IMG/VR virus record: IMGVR_UViG_3300045988_125212 | Direction: 5' to 3' (one strand) | DNA: 40,682 nucleotides | Origin: a virus | Shown: in pieces, positions 27,330 through 33,650 of the stretch | Position numbering within the stretch: position 1 is the stretch's first letter | Layout of the letters: each line of letters begins with the position of its first letter | The notes under the pieces: model-generated | What the model saw: only the letters and a program-made list of their open reading frames with translations | Told to the model about the DNA's origin: nothing | The model's database searches: none | Program-made: the position numbers and the translations under genes

Positions 27330-27492
27330 TTCGTCCACCTCCTTCAATATCTGGTGTTTCTCCGCTGTGCTGCGATATCCAGTCCCACAGTATGCCGCGG
27401 ATGAGTCCCGTCAGCGTCTGGCCTCTTTGGGCGGCAGTTTCTTTCAATTCGCCATGTAGATCGCGCGGGATTGTAATCAGAAACCGTATCAT
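27268..27492 (-). CDS. RHH (CopG-like) regulator; first gene of the leftward operon
   Basis: MIRFLITIPRDLHGELKETAAQRGQTLTGLIRGILWDWI shows a beta strand followed by two helices. Confidence 0.7.
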   Translation of the reverse strand: MIRFLITIPRDLHGELKETAAQRGQTLTGLIRGILWDWISQHSGETPDIEGGGRNERQTTKGCGKYCKNCGQPS

Positions 27493-27525
27493 ATTCGGCC
27501 GCCTTTCCTCAAATCTGATATCTAT

Positions 27526-27554
27526 ATGATATCAGATTCGCGCCGTGCTGTCAA
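27526..27554 (-). promoter_or_regulatory. Leftward promoter, overlapped by palindrome 1
   Basis: Minus strand reads TTGACA, 17 nt, TATCAT. Confidence 0.55.
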
Positions 27555-27580
27555 TATCTTTTTGATATCTTTTTGAGTAC

Positions 27581-27609
27581 TTGCACCTCGCCTGGCGATT
27601 TGATATGAT
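27581..27609 (+). promoter_or_regulatory. Rightward promoter, abutted by palindrome 2
   Basis: TTGCAC, 17 nt, TATGAT. The 12-bp palindrome starts 1 nt after the -10 element. Confidence 0.55.
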
Positions 27610-27641
27610 TTTGATATCAAATTAAGAAAGGAGGTGGTACC

Positions 27642-27830
27642 GTGCCACAGCCTAATCCTTATCCGCTGCGCGTGGACCGTACGCTGCTTGAGAAGTTCAA
27701 AGTCATCGCGAAAGCACATGGGCGATCCGTTAACAAGGAACTGGAGATGATGATTAAGTCATCCGTTATTCAGTATGAGGATCTGCACGGGATGATTGAG
27801 ATTCCAGGCCTCGGAGGAGGAGCCGGATAA
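27642..27830 (+). CDS. Arc-family RHH repressor
   Basis: RBS AAAGGAGGTGG then GTG 27642. PLRVDRTLLEKFKVIAKAHGRSVNKELEMMIKSSV parallels the recalled P22 Arc sequence ...LVRKVAEENGRSVNSEIYQRV. Confidence 0.7.
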   Translation: MPQPNPYPLRVDRTLLEKFKVIAKAHGRSVNKELEMMIKSSVIQYEDLHGMIEIPGLGGGAG

Positions 27831-28095
27831 CGGTCTCGTTAAAACTGTCTCCTCTCCTATCCGCCTCCTTCTGCAGTTGCTCCTTCAACTCAGTGGGGAG
27901 GCGGATTGTCGTCTGTGCTCGCTCCATCGTGGTCACCTCCTTTCTCGGGACACCATCAGGCGGGGCCTTTATGCTTACGGCATAAGTATATATCCTATAT
28001 TCCTTTTGGGAAAGCGATTTGCTTGTTCGGAGCTCTTTGAGCCGCACAGCGATGCCAGGCAGGGGGGCCTGGCCTATTTTTTTAGTATCAGCCAC
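27766..28095 (-). CDS. RHH protein with two RBS-supported starts: GTG 28095 (109 aa) and ATG 27927 (53-aa RHH core)
   Basis: TAAGGAGGTGAGG then GTG 28095; AAAGGAGGTG then ATG 27927. Core sequence MERAQTTIRLPTELKEQLQKEADRRGDSFNETVIRLLLRGLE. Overlaps the Arc-like gene tail-to-tail by 65 bp. Confidence 0.6.
   Translation of the reverse strand: MADTKKIGQAPLPGIAVRLKELRTSKSLSQKEYRIYTYAVSIKAPPDGVPRKEVTTMERAQTTIRLPTELKEQLQKEADRRGDSFNETVIRLLLRGLESQSSRADPHTE
28054..28083 (+). terminator. Plus-strand intrinsic terminator located inside the minus-strand 109-aa reading frame
   Basis: GCCAGGC-AGGGGG-GCCTGGC followed by CTA and seven T residues. Confidence 0.7.
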
Positions 28096-28118
28096 TTCCT
28101 CACCTCCTTATACCGCAA

Positions 28119-28147
28119 ATTATAACAGGCCGGACACGCACAGTCAA
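28119..28147 (-). promoter_or_regulatory. Strong minus-strand promoter that faces the rightward promoter
   Basis: Minus strand reads TTGACT, 17 nt, TATAAT, about 15 nt upstream of the RBS of the 28095 start. Confidence 0.6.
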
Positions 28148-28190
28148 GCAAAAAATATCCAGCAAGGATAATTCGGGGCTTGACAAATAG

Positions 28191-28532
28191 GAGTTCGCGG
28201 CAAAATTCGGCGTCGCGCAAAATGCGTATAGCCGGTATGAGACCGGGAGCGTCCCTCTGCCCCTGGTGGCCCTGGATAACCTGTGCAAGACATATAATGT
28301 CAGACGCGAGTGGCTTGAGACAGGGGAGGGGAGCATGTACGTAGAAGAACCAGTAGACGCAGAGATTGCGAAGTATTTCGCAAACGTAATGGGAGGTGCC
28401 GCTCCGGAGTTCCAGCGGAGGCTGGCGGCGGAAATGGCCAGGATGCCGCCAGAAGCATGGGAGGCCCTGGAGCAGTTTGCCGTCATGCTGGCCAGGGCGG
28501 CAGGAATTGAGACAGGAGAGGAGCAGGGTTAG
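28191..28532 (+). pseudogene. 5'-truncated CI-like XRE HTH repressor remnant, with no canonical start and an in-frame TAG at 28188
   Basis: ...GLDK*EFAAKFGVAQNAYSRYETGSVPLPLVALDNLCKTYNVRREWLETGEG. The first in-frame start is GTG 28266, after the HTH. It has its own terminator. Confidence 0.55.
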
Positions 28533-28551
28533 TCCTGCTCCTCTCCTTTTT
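28514..28551 (+). terminator. Intrinsic terminator of the HTH remnant
   Basis: 14-bp stem aggagaggagcagg / cctgctcctctcct followed by TTTTT. The stop codon lies in the loop. Confidence 0.7.
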
Positions 28552-28732
28552 GCGTCAAGAGAAATTGAGATATGATGATGCAAATGTACTCATAGTTTGA
28601 CTGGTTAAGTTTACACAATAGTTCTACAATTTCATTAACATCGTCTTTCGTCCTGTATTCAACCACAATTTCACACCCCCGATTTGTAGCAGAACAGGAG
28701 CCAATTTTACCACAGTATGAATGGGTAGTCAA
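28529..28732 (-). CDS. Low-GC small ORF; doubtful moron or toxin-like peptide
   Basis: TTG start at 28732, or GTG (VVEYRTKDD...) after GGGGGTG. The 3' end is formed by the terminator stem. There is a hydrophobic stretch YICIIISQFLL. Confidence 0.25.
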   Translation of the reverse strand: MTTHSYCGKIGSCSATNRGCEIVVEYRTKDDVNEIVELLCKLNQSNYEYICIIISQFLLTQKGEEQD

Positions 28733-28779
28733 GCGCTCTCCGGTTGGTAATTTTATCTAGACAGTACTCGAATTTTTTG

Positions 28780-28808
28780 TTGACAATTCGACACATTAAT
28801 GTTAGCAT
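28780..28808 (+). promoter_or_regulatory. Candidate integrase promoter
   Basis: TTGACA, 17 nt, TAGCAT. Confidence 0.4.
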
Positions 28809-28869
28809 CGGAGCGAACAGATTGTCGTATCGCCGTGCTACTGGCGGAGAAAAAGGGGGAATCAGTACG

Positions 28870-29868
28870 ATGCGACTACCTAACGGATATGGATCGGTTG
28901 TAAAAATGTCTGGGAACCGTAGAAGACCTTACGCAGTCAGGAAGACAGATGGGTTTAACGAAAAAGGATACCCAATATATAAAATAATAGGCTATACAGA
29001 GACAAAAGAGGAGGGGCTTTCGCTGCTTGCAAAGTACAACGAAAGCCCATGGAATATAAATGAACAAAAAATTACTCTTTGTAGATTGTTTGAGTGGTGG
29101 GAAACGTATAAGGTCCCGAAACTCGGGAATAAGAATGCCGCAAACTTAAAGGGTGTGTACAGTTATATTGCGCCTCTATCTGAGATGCAATATAAAAGCA
29201 TAAAACTGCCGATGATGCAAAGTACTATAGACAACTGCCAGCGCGGAGCGCCAACGCAAAGGAAGATCAAGGCCTTGTGGGGACATTTGGACGCGGCGGC
29301 GCTGGAGATTGACATCCCAGTACGCGGCTACGCTAAATTACTGACAACGGATCCGGAAGATCCCGCAGAGAAAGTCCCATTCACCGAAACCGAAATAGCC
29401 AGACTGTGGGATCATCAGGCCGAGCCACTTGTGGATAGCATCCTAGTGCTTATCTACAGCGGTTGGCGAATATCTGAGCTGCTTGCATTAGAGAAGGCCA
29501 ATATTGACTTGGAGGCCAGGACCATGAGGGGCGGAGGGAAGACGGAGGCTGGAAAGAATAGAATTGTGCCAATTCATAATAGGATTATGCACATGATAGA
29601 GCACAGGATGGGACTTGACGGGAATCTATTGTTTGATGTAAAGATTACAACTTACAGAATGAGATGGGGCGAGATAATGGATAGGCTGGGCATGCACCAC
29701 ACGCCCCACGAGTGCAGGCACACATTCCGCTCCAGGTTAGACGCTGCCGGAGCAAACCCCAAAAGCTGCGACCTGCTCATGGGCCACAAGTCGCAGGATG
29801 TCGGCAACCGTGTGTACAATCACAAAACGCTGGAGGACTTGCGAACGGCGATTGATCTTCTCGAATAG
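28870..29868 (+). CDS. int: Tyrosine integrase with an AP2-like arm-binding N-terminal domain
   Basis: RBS AAAGGGGGA then ATG 28870 (MRLPNGYGSVVKMSGNRRRPYAVRKT). Catalytic-region motifs RISELLAL, HECRHTF, LMGH, VYNH. Ends in TAG. Confidence 0.9.
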   Translation: MRLPNGYGSVVKMSGNRRRPYAVRKTDGFNEKGYPIYKIIGYTETKEEGLSLLAKYNESPWNINEQKITLCRLFEWWETYKVPKLGNKNAANLKGVYSYIAPLSEMQYKSIKLPMMQSTIDNCQRGAPTQRKIKALWGHLDAAALEIDIPVRGYAKLLTTDPEDPAEKVPFTETEIARLWDHQAEPLVDSILVLIYSGWRISELLALEKANIDLEARTMRGGGKTEAGKNRIVPIHNRIMHMIEHRMGLDGNLLFDVKITTYRMRWGEIMDRLGMHHTPHECRHTFRSRLDAAGANPKSCDLLMGHKSQDVGNRVYNHKTLEDLRTAIDLLE

Positions 29869-29904
29869 TTCGGATTTTGTCCGGACTTGCCCGTGCGGCA
29901 AATC

Positions 29905-30112
29905 CGGACTAGTAACAAATAAGTAGCACGAAAACCCGGGAGGCCCCGTATTATGGGGCTTTCCGGGTTTGCTGTGTCTCCCCACACAGGGGCACATGCG
30001 AATGTTATGTGCAAAAAAGTTCACAGTATAACTACTTTTGGGGTAGTTCCGAATACTAAAACTAGCTATTTGCAGGTACCGGAAGGATACTGCTAGTAGC
30101 ACGCTAGTAGCA
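29905..30112. other. Probable attP region with arm-type direct repeats
   Basis: AGTAGCACG occurs at 29922 and 30096. Tandem GCTAGTAGCA at 30092 and 30103. A related ACTAGTAAC at 29908. The core was not identified. Confidence 0.45.
29932..29970. terminator. Hairpin downstream of int
   Basis: aaacccgg-gag-gcccc gtattat ggggc-ttt-ccgggttt. Confidence 0.55.
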
Positions 30113-30138
30113 ATCAACTAAGCCGGAAAAGTTATGTG

Positions 30139-30167
30139 TTGACAATGCGGACATTATGAGATATAAT
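30139..30167 (+). promoter_or_regulatory. Perfect-consensus SigA promoter
   Basis: TTGACA, 17 nt, TATAAT. Confidence 0.65.
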
Positions 30168-30173
30168 ATAATA

Positions 30174-30232
30174 TTTGTAGAAAATTGAGGGAGAAAGCAC
30201 GGAAATTCGTGCCGTCTCCCTCTTTATTATTT
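30174..30232 (+). ncRNA. Candidate ~55-60-nt small RNA: a promoter followed directly by a terminator hairpin
   Basis: The predicted transcription start site (TSS) near 30174 is followed by the hairpin at 30187..30222 and TTTATTATTT. There is no ORF. Confidence 0.35.
30187..30222. terminator. Bidirectional hairpin; also the terminator of the minus-strand early operon
   Basis: gagggaga-aa-gcacg gaaatt cgtgc-cg-tctccctc, 8+5 bp. The early operon stops at 30227. Confidence 0.7.
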
Positions 30233-30706
30233 CCCATCTCCCGGCTCATCCGAATTTTTGGATGATGCCGACCGCCCACGGCGAGGGCGCCCATACACAG
30301 CCTCCGCCTCCTCCCTTGCGGCAATGGCGTCGTCCAGGTGCCTATACGAGCCGAGGGCTATCCGCTCCCCTCGCACGCCAATGCGTGCGACCCAGGCCCG
30401 GTTTGAAGCGGACCAGGACACGCCCGGGACCGTGGCCGCTTTGGCCAGGTCTTCTGGTGTTGGGCCGTCCGCGGCATCATCTTCCTTGATGATGTCAAGC
30501 GGAGTTACCCCAATCGCCGCAGCGATGCGCACCAGAGACTCCAACGTGCGGCGGTTGGTCCGCCCGGCCTCAATCTCCTTGACAACGAAGACGGAGACCC
30601 CGGAAAGGCGGGCCAATTCCTCCTGTGTAAGCCCGGCTGCAATCCGGAGGGCAGCGAGCTTGGACTTTCCTTTTCCGCGCCGAGGCGCGGAATAATCAAT
30701 TGGCAT
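30227..30706 (-). CDS. XRE HTH plus AP2-domain fusion protein
   Basis: RBS AAGGAGGAG then ATG 30706. HTH motif LRIAAGLTQEELARLSGVSVFVVKEIEAG. AP2-like motif GVSWSASNRAWVARIGVRGERIALGSYRHLDDAIAAREEAEAVYG. Confidence 0.7.
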   Translation of the reverse strand: MPIDYSAPRRGKGKSKLAALRIAAGLTQEELARLSGVSVFVVKEIEAGRTNRRTLESLVRIAAAIGVTPLDIIKEDDAADGPTPEDLAKAATVPGVSWSASNRAWVARIGVRGERIALGSYRHLDDAIAAREEAEAVYGRPRRGRSASSKNSDEPGDGK

Positions 30707-30735
30707 GTAATCTCCTCCTTGGAAAGGCTGATCTT

Positions 30736-31278
30736 TCAGGAGTCGAGGCGGCAAGAGAAAAGATTATCTACGAGCTTGTCGTAGATTTTCATGTTTACCT
30801 CCCTTGCTTCTTCGGGGGTAAATCGATCCCCCCGAATCAGCCTTTCCACGGTGGAAACCTGGAGGTCGTATTTCGCCGCGAACGAGTCAACCCCCTGACA
30901 CCCGGCACCGAACGACCACTCCAAAAAACCCCGTATTGGCTGGTACGAGACCCCCACAGGCGGAGGGACCAGCCTCGCAATGCTTTTGCACCCAATTATC
31001 TTTCCGTCCTCGTCCCGGATCTGCTCCCCGGGGATATATACGTCATCCCGAGAATCCCCCACGGCCTGCGCGCAGACCATGGAGACAACGTACATAGTCT
31101 CCGGTGCAGGGGCCGGGAGCCCTTCTACGGCACCGAAGTACTGCCGGACTACGGGGACCGGACATCCGGGGACATCCAACGGCTCTGTGATGGTCGCGCA
31201 TCTGGCAATGGTGCCGGATGCCGGAATTGTGACATCGCCGACTACGATGTCGTGCGGGGTCAAATTAACAATTTTCAT
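30736..31278 (-). CDS. Hypothetical early protein
   Basis: RBS GGGGAGAAAGGA then ATG. Begins MKIVNLTPHDIVVGDVTIPASG... Confidence 0.6.
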   Translation of the reverse strand: MKIVNLTPHDIVVGDVTIPASGTIARCATITEPLDVPGCPVPVVRQYFGAVEGLPAPAPETMYVVSMVCAQAVGDSRDDVYIPGEQIRDEDGKIIGCKSIARLVPPPVGVSYQPIRGFLEWSFGAGCQGVDSFAAKYDLQVSTVERLIRGDRFTPEEAREVNMKIYDKLVDNLFSCRLDS

Positions 31279-31333
31279 TTTTTTCCTTTCTCCCCGTATA
31301 GCCGGTAGGACAGCTTATGTAAAAAAAATATAA

Positions 31334-31933
31334 TCAGCCTTCAAACGGTCCCTTCGGCTTGCGAAGGGACGATAGAGCGTTCCAGCGCTCTACCGCGCGC
31401 GAATTGTCCGGGCAAAGCGGATCAACCCGGCTCCAATACGCCACTAGCTTTCTGATTCGGCCAGCCTGTCGGCAACGTTCGAGCCAAATTTCCTCAAACG
31501 TGCCGTCCTGCGGAGGGTTGTAGTTTCCCAACCCTCCCCTGGATATCTGCAGTTCCGCCAAGTTCAGCGCGTGGCGAGACTTGTCGAAGCGCAGATGCGG
31601 CATATCCTGGGAATCCCAGAATATTTCTGTGGGACTCCCGTACATGTTATCCAGGTCACAGGTGCCTAAAATTATGTAGGCACCCGCTATAGGGAAATCC
31701 TGGTACGGGGCGGAAAACTCAAACCCCGAGTGGGAGGCCGGGACTACGGTGGAATACTTCCAGCCGTAGAAGTCCGCGGCCTCGCAGCGCGACCACTCGG
31801 TGTGGCACGCGTTCGCCGCGTCCCTCACCGTCCAGTGACCAGGGTATCCCTGGTCCATGTCGAGCCTCATAGGTTTCCCGATAAGGATTTCGTTCCCCCT
31901 GGCGGCGGGGAACAATCCCGCGTGCATGATCAT
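31334..31933 (-). CDS. Hypothetical early protein
   Basis: RBS GAAGGAGGA then ATG 31933. 199 aa with no recognised motif. Confidence 0.6.
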   Translation of the reverse strand: MIMHAGLFPAARGNEILIGKPMRLDMDQGYPGHWTVRDAANACHTEWSRCEAADFYGWKYSTVVPASHSGFEFSAPYQDFPIAGAYIILGTCDLDNMYGSPTEIFWDSQDMPHLRFDKSRHALNLAELQISRGGLGNYNPPQDGTFEEIWLERCRQAGRIRKLVAYWSRVDPLCPDNSRAVERWNALSSLRKPKGPFEG

Positions 31934-31948
31934 TTTCTTAATCCTCCT

Positions 31949-32257
31949 TCATTTTGCAATCGTATATGGGCTCATCCCAGGAGCCCAATCTGGGAGATCC
32001 TCTAGCAGTGGGGCCCGCTCTCCGCTGGGGACACCGGATAGGAATGCTCCGCGGAGCTCTGCCGCGAGGAGATCATCAGCCGCCTGCGGATGGATGGGGA
32101 CAATGGCCCCACATCCGCATTGGCAGCTCCCGATTCCCTGCCACTTCCGGAGCGCCCTAGTCGCCGCGGCCAGACTCCGATGATAGGAGAGGGGCCCTCC
32201 TCCGTGGAATGCCGTTTTCACAACGGCATAGTTCGCATTCTCTTTATTGAGCTTCAT
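31949..32257 (-). CDS. Hypothetical early protein with a CQCGCG cluster
   Basis: RBS AAGGAGGAGGA then ATG 32257. Confidence 0.6.
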   Translation of the reverse strand: MKLNKENANYAVVKTAFHGGGPLSYHRSLAAATRALRKWQGIGSCQCGCGAIVPIHPQAADDLLAAELRGAFLSGVPSGERAPLLEDLPDWAPGMSPYTIAK

Positions 32258-32258
32258 T

Positions 32259-32717
32259 TTATTCCTCCTCCTTGATCTGAAAATATCCCCTGATCTTGGC
32301 GGGGATCTCGTCCATCGTCCGCACGTCCCCGGAAGCCCATTCCCGGATCAGGGACGCGAGTTCATCAGGGATGGCCTCCATGCCCAGGCTATCCCTGATG
32401 AAGATAGCGCCGGACATGGCCAGAGTGGCCTGCAAGTGGGAGTATAATTCATCTCTGATGAAGTTGTACTCCGCCATGTTGGAGGCCCCCATAAGGGTCC
32501 CCCCGCAGGCCTCCCAGCCATACTCGCGGATGGCATCATCCACGAGCTCCGGGTGCGCGGACAAAAACCTTAGAGCGTCATATTTAAATATGCTCACATG
32601 CCCGTCCGCTATCTCGGTGATAGCATCGTCGACGTCGGTGGGCCCCCATCCGTAATCCAGGAGCTCGGTGCCGTACTCGCCGACATCGAGGAATGCAATC
32701 AATTCTTCTATTTTCAT
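32259..32717 (-). CDS. Acidic hypothetical early protein
   Basis: RBS AAGGAGGA then ATG 32717. Rich in D and E. Confidence 0.6.
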   Translation of the reverse strand: MKIEELIAFLDVGEYGTELLDYGWGPTDVDDAITEIADGHVSIFKYDALRFLSAHPELVDDAIREYGWEACGGTLMGASNMAEYNFIRDELYSHLQATLAMSGAIFIRDSLGMEAIPDELASLIREWASGDVRTMDEIPAKIRGYFQIKEEE

Positions 32718-32835
32718 ATTTTTTCCTCCTTGACTTCCAGGCTCAAGCAGGATATAATATGCAAGAGCCTGGGATTTTTTCTAAGATTTTCCGGTTCCGC
32801 CCTGCCCTGGGTTGCCGCCCGGGCAGGGCATTTTT

Positions 32836-33204
32836 TTAATTTTCGCTCTGGGCCCAGTCTGCCGGATCATCTTGCTCCGCCAGCGGGCCCCCTTCCTCCT
32901 CCTCCCGGAGGCGCTCTTCTTCCGTGAGCTCCTCCGGCCAATAGATGGCCGTGGGCTCGCCATGGGCGCCAACGAGCACGCTAGCGCCCTCGGGAAGATC
33001 ATGGATGCTCCCCTCATAGTCGCCGCTCATCATTGCGGCGACTTCTTCGGGATCGTGGCCCTCCAGTAGGGCATTCTCGAGGTAGCCCCGGACGTCGCCC
33101 TCCCAGCTGCGCCCGTAGGCGCACTCGGAGCTCTCCGCCCACTGATATTCCCCATCAGTCTGGCAGGGGGCGAGGACAGCATTCATGATTTTAATAATCT
33201 CCAT
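32836..33204 (-). CDS. Highly acidic first early protein (122 aa); DNA-mimic or anti-restriction candidate
   Basis: RBS GGGGAGAAGGAAAG then ATG 33204. The ORF-track start at 33312 lies inside the promoter. By hand count, about 31 D/E versus 5 K/R. Confidence 0.6.
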   Translation of the reverse strand: MEIIKIMNAVLAPCQTDGEYQWAESSECAYGRSWEGDVRGYLENALLEGHDPEEVAAMMSGDYEGSIHDLPEGASVLVGAHGEPTAIYWPEELTEEERLREEEEGGPLAEQDDPADWAQSEN

Positions 33205-33291
33205 CTTCTTTCCTTCTCCCCTTATCCCTGGGGGCCGGGAATTATTCTCTCGCCATGGGCTTCGGCTTGGCTGCCCTTGGCTTGTGGCCGT

Positions 33292-33320
33292 ATAATAGCA
33301 GATGATCCGCATTTTGTCAA
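33292..33320 (-). promoter_or_regulatory. Early leftward promoter
   Basis: Minus strand reads TTGACA, 17 nt, TATTAT. Confidence 0.65.
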
Positions 33321-33384
33321 TCCCCTTTCTGGGATTTTTTCAAGATTTTTTTCTCAGCCTCCCGCCTACATTATATAGCAAATC

Positions 33385-33436
33385 AAAAAATCCCGCTTCC
33401 CGGCCCCTTCTTGGGCTGCTGGAGGCGGGATTTTTT
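33385..33436. terminator. Strong bidirectional terminator between the back-to-back promoters
   Basis: aaaaaatcccgc(ttcc) ... (ggag)gcgggatttttt, a stem of about 16 bp with A6 and T6 flanks. Confidence 0.7.
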
Positions 33437-33569
33437 ATTAGATATTATCCGTGAGTTATTTGCATATTTGAATTATATTTTTACCATTTTCTCGCTTTCG
33501 TGCGTATAGATATTATTATTACTAGTTAATACACCAACTGGTGTAATGCGAATATATATATAATTATAC

Positions 33570-33598
33570 TTGACATACCGTATAAACTAGAGTATTAT
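33570..33598 (+). promoter_or_regulatory. Rightward promoter of the packaging and head operon
   Basis: TTGACA, 17 nt, TATTAT. Inverted repeat TACACCA-ac-TGGTGTA at 33526..33541 upstream. Confidence 0.65.
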
Positions 33599-33650
33599 AT
33601 ATATAATATATAGGCACGATACACCGGGACGAGAGAGGTGAGAGCATAAA

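Larger units (their letters stand above)
27512..27621. promoter_or_regulatory. Operator array: four perfect GATATC cores, two of them inside extended palindromes
   Basis: aatctgatatc-tatat-gatatcagatt at 27512..27538. ttgatatc at 27562..27569. tttgatatcaaa at 27610..27621. Near-copies gatatg and aatatc. Confidence 0.7.

Noticed and set aside
27996-28187. An invertible segment that would join the minus-strand HTH-like N-terminus to the plus-strand HTH C-terminus
   Set aside because: The only shared inverted motifs are short (ATAGGA, TTTGCTTG). Crossing over at them puts the two halves out of frame by 1 nt. No invertase gene is adjacent. This is noted as a testable alternative only.
28188-28190. 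Genome-wide TAG (amber) recoding, suggested by the in-frame TAG in the HTH remnant
   Set aside because: The integrase (29866), the nozzle-like gene (14701) and the 25468 gene all terminate at TAG. All long ORFs are intact under the standard code.
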